A stretch of DNA of 64,000 nt. Origin: an uncultured Alphaproteobacteria bacterium (GTDB lineage Bacteria; Pseudomonadota; Alphaproteobacteria; Rs-D84). The stretch lies in the NCBI GenBank assembly GCA_934255455.1, contig CAKQNS010000001.1:33826-97825 (forward strand), written 5' to 3'. The notes under the pieces are model-generated. The model searched no databases. It was not told where the DNA came from and saw only the letters and a program-made list of their open reading frames with translations. The translations under genes and the position numbers were made by a program. Positions 55,304 to 64,000 of the stretch are shown in pieces (the stretch's first letter is position 1; every line of letters starts with the position of its first letter).

Positions 55304-57316
55304 TTAATATTTTTGACCTTCGATACTCATTCCAAAACGGAATTGGAATGTGGTTGTGCCGACATAATCGTCCTTTATCGCATTATCACGGCGGTATTCC
55401 ACCGACAGGTAATAGCACGGATGGTTATAGAATATGCCGCCCGTATGACGTTGGAAATCACCGTAGGTTGCATTGTATATGGAATTAAAGCGCACCGACC
55501 AACGGTTTGTCAATTTGATACCAAACCCAGCCATCAATTCGTTTATATTGTCGTCGCGTGTGTATGTGTCGGTGAACTGTTGTGACCAAATGTGGCCAAT
55601 GTCCAAATATGTGCCGCCGTTGCCAATGATTGCCGATGTTTCCATGTGGCGCAGCGACAGGTCGTTTTGCCCCAGGCGGAAACGACTGGTCACACTCAGC
55701 CAATCGCCATTGTCAAACGCAATTCGGCCAACATAGTCCGATGCGCCGTTGCGGAAACCACTGTTTGGGTCGGTTGCGTCGCGTTCCTGGAAATCGTATG
55801 TTTGGCCCAAAAACGCCTCGACCGTGCGGCCATCGTTCGTGAATGCCGACCAGCGCATACCATAATCGGCATAATTGCCATTTTCCCACAAATCCAACCC
55901 AGAAAAACGATTATTTGAAAACAGTGTCGCATCCGACAGCAACGCACCAACCGAATCATTTGTCGTGGCAAATTTTTCATCGGATGTACGACGCATAATG
56001 GTCAAACGCGCACGCGGTTCAATAACCTGGGTCCATGTTTGTGACGGTCTGTACAGTGGCAGACCCCATTCAACATAACCACTGGGCAAGAAACGATTTT
56101 TTAATCCGGAAAAATGTTCGCCATTTACCAATTCGGTGTTGTCAAAATTATATACATCGTATCTGGCGTCCAAACTGAGTGTTAAACGGTTGCCACCCCA
56201 CAATGTCCACGGTGATGTTATGCGTGCGTCGCCAATCATACGCTGGGACGCGGTGCCAGAACCAGATATCCCCAAAACATCGGCATTAAATGTTGCGTAT
56301 GTTTCGGCAAATATGGGTGCTGTTTGTGTTGTTGCGCGAATGTTCGGCAAAATATTGCCCGATGGTGCAACCCAATGCCCGGCGGTGGAACGCAATTCCT
56401 GGAATATATGTGCATCGGCAACGACATAACTGCTTTGCCCGAACAGTTCCAATTTAGCGCCCGAATCCAAATATGGTTGGTCGGCATAGAATCCGTATTT
56501 CTGTAAATATGTTTTATCCGATGCGCGTTCCAAAAATATTGTTGCACGTGCGTTTTCACCCAATTCTATTACATCATCGTTAAATATGTGCCAACGGTTT
56601 TCGCCATCGCGATTATGGGTAAAAGAACCGTTGGTACGAAATTCGGCATGGTCCAGATTCAATCGGTGTTCCAATTGGAATAATGGGTTTTCCTGGGTTA
56701 AATATGACAATGTAAATGTCATATCGTGGGTTTCAGATAAAAACACATATACCGGAACATTTATCTGGGTGCCCATTTTGTTGGTTGATTTAAAATCAGG
56801 CGTTAAAAAACCAGACTTATGTTTCACCCCCGGATCCGGCATTTCAAAAAACGGAAACCAAAACACCGGCAAATGATATGCCCAAAACACTGGGTTATAG
56901 AATTTCAGCATTCGGTCGTCCATATTATGAACGATTTTTGTGGCACTTACCTGCCATGCATCACCTAACGCATCACAATTATCGCATGCGGTAAACATTG
57001 CATCGCGCGCAATTGTTTTATCGCCATCACGTGTTATGTTTTCTGATTCAATATACACATGTTGCCCCAGCCAGATTTTGATTTCATCCCCCGACAAGTT
57101 GCCACCATCTTTTGATATATATGAATCAACCAGGGTTAAACGCTGGCCCGATGTGTTGGTGATTTCGGTGTTGCCCGATGTTTTTATTGATTCTGATTTA
57201 ACATCATATTCAATCTTTTTCGCGGTAATGGTTTTGGGGGCATTTGGGTCAATGCCGATTGCCAGCGCCGACGCACCGTACATACAGATTGCAAAGATTG
57301 GAATTATTTGTTTCAT
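55304..57316 (-). CDS. lptD: LPS-assembly outer membrane protein LptD
   Basis: 670 aa, signal peptide, N-terminal LptA-like/OstA domain and a large C-terminal beta-barrel; ends in an aromatic-rich barrel terminus. Confidence 0.85.
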   Translation of the reverse strand: MKQIIPIFAICMYGASALAIGIDPNAPKTITAKKIEYDVKSESIKTSGNTEITNTSGQRLTLVDSYISKDGGNLSGDEIKIWLGQHVYIESENITRDGDKTIARDAMFTACDNCDALGDAWQVSATKIVHNMDDRMLKFYNPVFWAYHLPVFWFPFFEMPDPGVKHKSGFLTPDFKSTNKMGTQINVPVYVFLSETHDMTFTLSYLTQENPLFQLEHRLNLDHAEFRTNGSFTHNRDGENRWHIFNDDVIELGENARATIFLERASDKTYLQKYGFYADQPYLDSGAKLELFGQSSYVVADAHIFQELRSTAGHWVAPSGNILPNIRATTQTAPIFAETYATFNADVLGISGSGTASQRMIGDARITSPWTLWGGNRLTLSLDARYDVYNFDNTELVNGEHFSGLKNRFLPSGYVEWGLPLYRPSQTWTQVIEPRARLTIMRRTSDEKFATTNDSVGALLSDATLFSNNRFSGLDLWENGNYADYGMRWSAFTNDGRTVEAFLGQTYDFQERDATDPNSGFRNGASDYVGRIAFDNGDWLSVTSRFRLGQNDLSLRHMETSAIIGNGGTYLDIGHIWSQQFTDTYTRDDNINELMAGFGIKLTNRWSVRFNSIYNATYGDFQRHTGGIFYNHPCYYLSVEYRRDNAIKDDYVGTTTFQFRFGMSIEGQKY

Positions 57317-58407
57317 TTTCTGTACAGGGCAAACACCAAAATAATTAAAACGGCCATTTGAGCCAATGCCAATATGCCAAAATCGGTCAGACTGGTCACC
57401 ATATTAGATGCCGACATAAACCCGGCCATAACCACAGCCATTGCGGCAACCGCCAATGCGGGCGCAAAACTGGCCCGGCGACGCAACAATGACGAGCGCA
57501 ACAAAAACAATGTGCACAGCACCGTCAAAATCAAATTCATTACCGGCCCCAGAAAACGCGAACATAATTCGGACAAAACCTGTTTATGCTGGCGCGCAGA
57601 TGGTGCGTCCAATACTGATTTTACCAATTGTATTGTCGGTACACGCCGCACGCGGAATCCGTCGTCACCACCGCGGTCGGCAACATTCAAATCCATATCA
57701 AATGTATCAAATGTTCCGGTTGTCATGGCATCGCCACGCGCCTGTAATGAACCGTTTGTCATAACAATGGACAGCCCCCGCGTGGTGGATACCAATTTAC
57801 CCTTTTCTGCAAAAATGGTCAGTGGTGATTTTTCATCACGCATATCGGATAACATTACCTGGGACAGGTCGTGTCCCGACACCTTGTCCACATAGACGAC
57901 CAGACCATCGGCCAATTGTGTGAATGCCGATTCCTGTAATTTCATGTGGGCCAAACCATAACGCAGGTTCCATTGCACACTGTAAAATTTTGCCTGGGTC
58001 ACGGGCACAATCCACAAATTCAACACAAAATGCACAATGGTCAATACGATTGCCAAACCGATTGCCGGGCGTGCCAATTGACGCGGCGACAGACCAACCG
58101 ACGCCATAACGGTGATTTCATTATCTGAAATCAGTTTATTATAAACATAAATAACGGCGATGAACGCCACGAACGGAACGATAATAGAAATAATGAACGG
58201 CACCATCAACACCGTCATACCCAAAAAATTGGTCATATTGATGCCATAGTTTAACAAGAATTTTAACATGGACATAATTTGAACCATCCACGCCAATCCT
58301 GTCAGCACCAACAACAGCATAACAAACATCATAACCAATTGGCGCGAAAAATATCTGTTCAGTATTTTCATGGTTTCCAGTATAAATCGCAAAAGCAAGG
58401 TCGTCAA
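57313..58407 (-). CDS. LPS export ABC permease, LptF/LptG (YjgP/YjgQ) family
   Basis: 6-TM permease with a periplasmic beta-jellyroll insert; overlaps the lptD start by 4 nt. Confidence 0.75.
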   Translation of the reverse strand: MTTLLLRFILETMKILNRYFSRQLVMMFVMLLLVLTGLAWMVQIMSMLKFLLNYGINMTNFLGMTVLMVPFIISIIVPFVAFIAVIYVYNKLISDNEITVMASVGLSPRQLARPAIGLAIVLTIVHFVLNLWIVPVTQAKFYSVQWNLRYGLAHMKLQESAFTQLADGLVVYVDKVSGHDLSQVMLSDMRDEKSPLTIFAEKGKLVSTTRGLSIVMTNGSLQARGDAMTTGTFDTFDMDLNVADRGGDDGFRVRRVPTIQLVKSVLDAPSARQHKQVLSELCSRFLGPVMNLILTVLCTLFLLRSSLLRRRASFAPALAVAAMAVVMAGFMSASNMVTSLTDFGILALAQMAVLIILVFALYRK

Positions 58408-58428
58408 ATAATATATTGTTATTTTTCC

Positions 58429-58456
58429 TTGCTTTCTGGCGATTCGTTGATATAAT
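58429..58456 (+). promoter_or_regulatory. candidate sigma-70 promoter for nusA-infB
   Basis: TTGCTT, 16 nt, TATAAT. It is followed by a GC hairpin ggggcggggttgaagaaaccccgccc in the 5'UTR. Confidence 0.35.
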
Positions 58457-58547
58457 CAGTGTGTTCTTAAAAAAGTTTTTTTAGGGGCGGGGTTGAAGAA
58501 ACCCCGCCCTTATAAATAAAGACATATAACAAACAAGGAGAAAACAA

Positions 58548-60089
58548 ATGTCTTTTGTTTCTATGCCCCGTCAAGATTTGTTGTTGGCCATTGATTCTTT
58601 GGCCCAGGACAAACAGATTGACCGTGAAATAGTTATTGAATCATTAGAGGCCGCCATTGCCAAAATTGCCAAGCATAAATATGGCGAAGAATTTAATATC
58701 ACGGCGTCTATTGACCGTAAAAATGGGGCTATATATGTCAAACGATTGTTCGATGTAATTGAAAGTCCGGCCGCGGCGGGTGACGAATATGACCCGAATA
58801 CCATGCTGACGGTCCAACAGGCGAAAAAATATGCCGCAAATCCGGTGGTTGGCGACACGGTCGAAGATGCGTTGCCAGAACCAGAATTTGGCCGTATGGC
58901 GTTTCAGACCGCAAAACAGATTATGACCGCGCGCGTGCGTGACGCGGAAAAGGGCCGTCAATACGAAGAATTCAAAGACAACATCGGCGACATTGTATCG
59001 GGTGTTGTTAAACGCATTGAATTCGGCAATGTTTTTGTTGATATCAATGGCAAGGCCGAAGGCTATATCAAGGGCAGCGAACTGATTCCGGGCGAACGTC
59101 TGGCGGTGGGTGACCGTGTGCGTGCATTGATTATGGATGTTGCGCGTTCTAATACCGGTCCACAGATTTTCTTGACCCGTACGCACCCGATGTTTATGGA
59201 AAAATTGTTTGTCCAAGAAGTGCCCGAAATTTACGAAGGTGTTATTAAAATTAAATCTGTGTCGCGCGCACCGGGTTCGCACGCGAAAATTGCCGTTGAA
59301 ACCCAGGATCCATCCATTGACGCGGTTGGTATGACCGTTGGTATCAAGGGAACCCGTATCCAGCCGGTTATCAACGAATGCCACGGCGAAAAGATTGATG
59401 TTATTTTGTATTCCGAAGACCCGGCGGTGTTCATTGTCAATGCGATGCAACCGGCCAAGGTTGCCAAAATTATTGTTGACGAAGACACCCGCAGTGCGGC
59501 CGTTGTCGTGAATGAAGATCAACAATCGCTGGCGATTGGACGCCGTGGTCAAAATGTTCGTTTGGCATCACAATTGACGGGTTGGAACATTGATGTTATG
59601 AACGAGGCCGAAGAACAAGAACGTCGCGCCAAAGAATTCAAAGAAAAGACAGAATTGTTCATCCGTGCATTGGATGTTGATGAAATGATTGCGCACCTGT
59701 TGATTACCGAGGGGTTCCGTACCGTTGAGGAAATCGCGTTTGTTGATGCGTCTGAATTGGAATCTATCGAAGGTTTCAACCCAGATTTGGCGGTCGAATT
59801 GCAGAACCGCGCGAAATCTTATTTGACCCGGGTCGAACAAGAATACATTGACAACGGTCATGCGCTGGGGATGGCGGACGATTTGTTGAAATTTGATTTT
59901 ATCAAACGTCCAATCATTATGAAACTGGGTGAAAACGGTATTAAATCATTGTCTGATTTGGCCGATTTGGCAACCGATGAATTGGTTGAAATCTTGGGCG
60001 AAGACACAATGTCAACGCGTCTGGCCGGTCGCGTTATTATGAAGGCACGTGAATTGGCGTATGGCATAACCCAGGGTGATGCGGAATAA
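58548..60089 (+). CDS. nusA: transcription termination/antitermination factor NusA
   Basis: N-terminal domain, S1, two KH domains and C-terminal acidic repeats. rimP is absent upstream. Confidence 0.95.
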   Translation: MSFVSMPRQDLLLAIDSLAQDKQIDREIVIESLEAAIAKIAKHKYGEEFNITASIDRKNGAIYVKRLFDVIESPAAAGDEYDPNTMLTVQQAKKYAANPVVGDTVEDALPEPEFGRMAFQTAKQIMTARVRDAEKGRQYEEFKDNIGDIVSGVVKRIEFGNVFVDINGKAEGYIKGSELIPGERLAVGDRVRALIMDVARSNTGPQIFLTRTHPMFMEKLFVQEVPEIYEGVIKIKSVSRAPGSHAKIAVETQDPSIDAVGMTVGIKGTRIQPVINECHGEKIDVILYSEDPAVFIVNAMQPAKVAKIIVDEDTRSAAVVVNEDQQSLAIGRRGQNVRLASQLTGWNIDVMNEAEEQERRAKEFKEKTELFIRALDVDEMIAHLLITEGFRTVEEIAFVDASELESIEGFNPDLAVELQNRAKSYLTRVEQEYIDNGHALGMADDLLKFDFIKRPIIMKLGENGIKSLSDLADLATDELVEILGEDTMSTRLAGRVIMKARELAYGITQGDAE

Positions 60090-60155
60090 TAAAAAACATG
60101 GTGCAGGCTGGTCACCGGTTTGCATCACAAAAAACTTGTGAACACGGGGAAAAAA

Positions 60156-62579
60156 ATGGCAACACTGACACTTGGAAAATCTGTAACAATTGATGCGGTG
60201 CACAGCAAAAAGGGCGATTCCGTTTTTGTTGAGCGCCGTCGTCGCGTTGTGACGCCTGGTACACGTGAATTGCGTGATGAGCCGGTTGCACCATCGACAC
60301 CAAAAAATGCCGCCGATGAAAAACTGCGCGCAGTGCTGGCCGCTGCTCGTGCCCGCGAAGAAGAGCGCCGTGCGCGCGAGGCCGAAGAAGAGGCTGCCCG
60401 TGTCGCGCGTGAGGCAGAAATTGCGCGCGAGGCTGCCGAATACGAACAAGTAAAATCGCAATTGGCGGCGCGTGAAAATGTCGCGCCTGTGGATGAACCA
60501 CAACCCGAATCCACACCCCGCGGCGCGGCCCAGAAAAAACAGGTGTCGCAACCCGCAACCCCCCAGCCCGCGCAACAACATTCGTCGCGCAACAATGCGC
60601 GCGCGGCCGATGACGAAGATGGTGGCCGCCCGTATAACAACCGTCACAATGCGTCCAAGAAAGATTTCAAAAAATCAGGAAAAATTTCCCTGCACGATAT
60701 TGTGATTGGCAATGATGATGACGATGATGAAATTGGAATTCGCGGTGCAAATCGCCGTCGGTCCGAGGCATCGTTAAAACGTTTTCGTGAAAAGGCGCGC
60801 GCTATATTTACCGCCCCGCAAAAGGTTGAACATGTTGTTCAATTGGGCGATACCATCACTGTCAAGGATTTGGCGGCGGCCATGGCGGAAAAGGTTGGTA
60901 ATGTTATCAAAAAATTGATGGAAATGGGGATGATGGCATCCCAAAATCAATCTATTGATGCCGATACTGCTGAATTGGTTGCAACCGAATTTGGTGCCAC
61001 GGTTCGACGCGTTGTTGCAAAACCGTATGCCGACCAATTGGAACGCGAACCTGATCCGGCACATCTGCAACCGCGTGCGCCGGTGGTCACCGTTGTGGGC
61101 CATGTTGACCATGGTAAAACATCACTGTTGGACGCGATGCGAAACGCGCATGTTGCCGCGGGCGAGGCCGGTGGTATTACCCAGCATGTTTCCGCGTACG
61201 AGGTTAAAACCCATTCTGGTGCAGTAATTACATTTTTGGATACGCCGGGTCACGAAACATTTACCGCCATGCGTGCGCGTGGTGCGCAAATGGCCGATAT
61301 TGTTGTTCTGGTTGTCGCGGCAAACGATTCCATTATGCCCCAAACGATCGAGGCTATAAACCACATTCGTGCGGCCAAGGTTCCGTTTATTGTTGCAATC
61401 AACAAAATCGATTTACCCGAGGCCGACCCAACCCGCGTTAAAACCGACCTGTTACAGCAAGAGGTTCAGGTTGAAGATATGGGTGGCGATGTTCAATGTG
61501 TTGAAATTTCTGCAACGAAACACATCGGTCTGGATAAATTGGAAGAGGCCATTTTACTGCAAGCCGATATGATGGAATTAAAGGCCGATCCCGATATGCC
61601 TGCGGTCGCATACGTGGTCGAGGCAAAGATGGAAAAAGGTCTGGGCGCAACGGCAACAATTCTGATGCGCCAGGGCACATTAAAAATTGGCGATGTGTTC
61701 GTTGTTGGTGAAACATTTGGTCGTGTTCGTGGGTTGATAAATTCAACCGGTGAACGCGTTAAATCTGTGCGTCCGGGGCAACCGGCAATTGTGTTGGGAT
61801 TGGACAGTGTGCCAAACGCAGGGGACGAATTGCATGTTATGGAAACCGAGGCCCAAACGCGCGAGGTTGCCGCATATCGTCGCCAGGCGGCCAAAGACAA
61901 GGCTAACGCTGTAAAACGTTCGTCACTGGAAGAATTGTTTGCGCGTCGTGATGAATCTAAAAAATTGGTGTTGCCGATTATCTTGCGCGCCGATGTCCAG
62001 GGCAGTGTTGAGGCCATTACCGATATGTTGCGCGACATTCACACGGACAAAGCGTCGGTCGAAATATTGTCGTCGGGCGTTGGCCAAATTACCGAGGGTG
62101 ATATCCGACTGGCAACGGCATCTGGCGCGGTGGTAATTGCATTTAATGTTCGTGCCGATGCCGCGGTTCGCGATATGGCGCGTGCGGGCAATGTAGACAT
62201 TCGTTATCACAGTGTTGTGTATCGCATTACCGACGAAATCAAAGAAATATTGTCTGGTAAATTGGCGCCGGAAAAGAAAGAATCCTTTATCGGATACGCT
62301 GATGTTATCGCATTGTTCACGGTGGGCAAGGGCACACGCGTTGCTGGTTGCCGCCTGACCGAAGGCGTGATTAAAAAAGATGCGTTTGTTCGTTTGCTGC
62401 GTAACAATGTCGTTATATACGATGGTAAAATTGGTGAAATGCGTCGTGAAAAGAACGAGGTCAAAGAAGTCACCGTTGCTGGTGTTGAATTTGGCATGTC
62501 GTTTGACAAGTATAATGACTTGAAAGAGGGCGACCGGGTTGAATGTTATGAAGTGCAAGAAATCCGCGCACAATTGTAA
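60156..62579 (+). CDS. infB: translation initiation factor IF-2
   Basis: Ala/Glu/Arg-rich N-terminal region; G domain [29 protein letters not shown]. The start is set at [10 protein letters not shown] with a gggga SD. Confidence 0.95.
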   Translation: MATLTLGKSVTIDAVHSKKGDSVFVERRRRVVTPGTRELRDEPVAPSTPKNAADEKLRAVLAAARAREEERRAREAEEEAARVAREAEIAREAAEYEQVKSQLAARENVAPVDEPQPESTPRGAAQKKQVSQPATPQPAQQHSSRNNARAADDEDGGRPYNNRHNASKKDFKKSGKISLHDIVIGNDDDDDEIGIRGANRRRSEASLKRFREKARAIFTAPQKVEHVVQLGDTITVKDLAAAMAEKVGNVIKKLMEMGMMASQNQSIDADTAELVATEFGATVRRVVAKPYADQLEREPDPAHLQPRAPVVTVVGHVDHGKTSLLDAMRNAHVAAGEAGGITQHVSAYEVKTHSGAVITFLDTPGHETFTAMRARGAQMADIVVLVVAANDSIMPQTIEAINHIRAAKVPFIVAINKIDLPEADPTRVKTDLLQQEVQVEDMGGDVQCVEISATKHIGLDKLEEAILLQADMMELKADPDMPAVAYVVEAKMEKGLGATATILMRQGTLKIGDVFVVGETFGRVRGLINSTGERVKSVRPGQPAIVLGLDSVPNAGDELHVMETEAQTREVAAYRRQAAKDKANAVKRSSLEELFARRDESKKLVLPIILRADVQGSVEAITDMLRDIHTDKASVEILSSGVGQITEGDIRLATASGAVVIAFNVRADAAVRDMARAGNVDIRYHSVVYRITDEIKEILSGKLAPEKKESFIGYADVIALFTVGKGTRVAGCRLTEGVIKKDAFVRLLRNNVVIYDGKIGEMRREKNEVKEVTVAGVEFGMSFDKYNDLKEGDRVECYEVQEIRAQL

Positions 62580-62580
62580 A

Positions 62581-62606
62581 AATGCCCCATTGGGGCATTT
62601 TTTATT
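62581..62606 (+). terminator. infB intrinsic terminator
   Basis: aatgccccattggggcattttttat. Confidence 0.6.
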
Positions 62607-62651
62607 TGCCGCACCCCAGGAATAACATCCTGCGAAAAAAATATTAAAAGA

Positions 62652-62679
62652 TTGCACTTTAATGTTTTTTTCGTATAAT
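62652..62679 (+). promoter_or_regulatory. candidate sigma-70 promoter for lpxD (possibly giving a leaderless mRNA)
   Basis: TTGCAC, 16 nt, TATAAT. The -10 ends 6 nt before the lpxD ATG at 62686. Confidence 0.4.
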
Positions 62680-62685
62680 CGCGGT

Positions 62686-63729
62686 ATGTTAAATTTAATT
62701 AAATCTTTGTTTGCGCCGGCGGCAACGAAAACAACAGCCGGGGTGTTGGCCGAAAAATTCGGTCTGGAATTACGCGGTGACGCAAATGCACCGGTGCGCG
62801 GTGTTGCACCAATTGCTGATGCGCGCCCGGGACAGTTGGCGTTCTATTCAACGGAACGAAACAGTGCGGCATTCAAAATATTGCCGATTGATGTGTTGAA
62901 AAACACGCGTGCAACGGTCATTTTGGTACAACCAGAACAGGCCGAATTTGCCCCCGCGGGTGCAACACTGTTGGTGACGCCATCGCCGCGTGGGAACATT
63001 GTGAAAATTTTGGGCGAAATATATCGTGAAAAACCGCGTTTTGGAATCAGTCGCGATGCTGTTATTGAACGCGGCGTGTTTTTCCGCAATCGGCGCAGTA
63101 CCTATGTCGGACAATTTGCCACGATTGAACGCGGTGCCGTTATCGAGGCCGATGTTAAAATATACCCCAACGCATATATTGGCCGCAATGTGACGATTGG
63201 ACGCGGGACAATTGTTCGCAGTGGTGCACACATTGAAAACGCAACAATTGGTGCGGAATGTGTAATCAATCCTGGTGCCGTTATTGGCAAGGACGGATTT
63301 GGATACACCCGCCAAGAGGGGCACAACATATTTATTCCACATGTTGGTCGTGTTGTTTTGGGTGACCGCGTATCGGTTGGTGCGAACACTTGTATTGACC
63401 GTGGCGCCATGACCGATACCGTTGTTGGCGACGGAACTAAAATTGATAACCTGTGCCAGATTGCGCACGGTTGTGTTATTGGTCGCGAATGCTTTATTGC
63501 GGGACAAACCGGTATGGCGGGTGGTTGTGTTATTGGCGATCGTGCGTTGTTGGCGGGCCAGGTTGGTTTGGCCAACGGTGTGCATATTGGAAATGATGCC
63601 GAGGTTGGCGCCCACAGTGGTGTTTTCCGCACGGTCGAAGATGGAACGCGTGCAATGGGTTATCCGGCGGTACCTGGGATGGAGTTTTTCCGCCAATATG
63701 CGTGGTTGAAAAAACAAAGCAAGAGTTAA
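62686..63729 (+). CDS. lpxD: UDP-3-O-acylglucosamine N-acyltransferase
   Basis: Left-handed beta-helix hexapeptide repeats with the typical LpxD N-terminal domain; followed by fabZ. Confidence 0.85.
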   Translation: MLNLIKSLFAPAATKTTAGVLAEKFGLELRGDANAPVRGVAPIADARPGQLAFYSTERNSAAFKILPIDVLKNTRATVILVQPEQAEFAPAGATLLVTPSPRGNIVKILGEIYREKPRFGISRDAVIERGVFFRNRRSTYVGQFATIERGAVIEADVKIYPNAYIGRNVTIGRGTIVRSGAHIENATIGAECVINPGAVIGKDGFGYTRQEGHNIFIPHVGRVVLGDRVSVGANTCIDRGAMTDTVVGDGTKIDNLCQIAHGCVIGRECFIAGQTGMAGGCVIGDRALLAGQVGLANGVHIGNDAEVGAHSGVFRTVEDGTRAMGYPAVPGMEFFRQYAWLKKQSKS

Positions 63730-63734
63730 AAAAA

Positions 63735-64000
63735 TGATAGATGCACAGGGCATAGAGCAGGTGATACCACATCGTGGTGCCATGCGATTGATTGATGAAA
63801 TTCGTGAATACGATGACCATCACGGTGTCGGCGTTCACTATGTACGTGACAATGAATTTTGGTGTGCAGGGCATTTCCCGGGTGATCCAATTATGCCTGG
63901 TGTATTACAGGTCGAAGCATTGGCCCAAACTGCATGCTTTATCGTTATGGCGCGTCAAGGATACAACGATGGCAAATCTGTTGGGTATTTTACAACAATG
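63735..64000 (+). CDS. fabZ: 3-hydroxyacyl-ACP dehydratase FabZ (partial; runs off the window end)
   Basis: IPHRGAMRLIDEI...HFPGDPIMPGVL hot-dog fold signature. Confidence 0.85.

Overview
This 64-kb window is a chromosomal segment of a Gram-negative, rod-shaped, AT-biased proteobacterium, and most of it is housekeeping genes. A dispersed modular repeat family recurs in the intergenic spaces, and its copies coincide with broken gene order. Classic operons are fragmented: infC is unlinked from rpmI-rplT-pheST, mreB from mreCD, mnmG from rsmG-parAB, and nusA-infB from truB-rpsO-pnp. The lineage is not resolved; the type-2 IleS is of the eukaryote-like kind found in Rickettsiales, Chlamydiae and Bacteroidetes.

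Genes present:
- Envelope: lptD, lptF/G-family permease, SurA-like protein, pal, an OmpA-like lipoprotein, lpxD and a partial fabZ.
- Cell shape: mreB at one locus, and mreC-mreD-mrdA-rodA at another.
- Translation: ileS (type 2), pheST, metG, rplT, rpmI, infC, rpsO, nusA, infB, truB, rlmN, rsmG, mnmG, queH, and tRNA-Thr(CGT), tRNA-Val(GAC), tRNA-Val(TAC), tRNA-Cys(GCA).
- DNA metabolism: topA, dnaG, mutS, recF, nth, xseB, ybaB, a UDG-like gene and parAB.
- Lipid metabolism: fabD, fabG, accBC, gpsA.
- Export: a TolC/MacA/split-MacB efflux cluster.

Observations most worth a second look:
1. A 10-codon leader ORF, MKQTAIIIIK, sits just upstream of type-2 ileS and is followed by an intrinsic terminator. 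This is a candidate ribosome-mediated attenuator.
2. A roughly 1-kb composite foldback element at 35.5-36.5 kb has 100-140-bp inverted arms and carries a small HTH ORF. A second, inverted copy of its roughly 370-bp core lies at 44.6-44.9 kb. The pair brackets an 8.3-kb block (infC through gpsA) that could invert.
3. A roughly 95-bp element with terminal inverted repeats and internal modules occurs in at least 8 intergenic sites.
4. Two parS-like 16-mers bracket a gene wedged between parA and rsmG. That gene encodes a lipoprotein with an HExxH motif and has a near-consensus sigma-70 promoter.
5. infC most likely starts at an AUU codon with a GGAG Shine-Dalgarno, upstream of the ATG in the ORF track.

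All calls come from reading the sequence and ORF translations by eye; no searches or folding were run.
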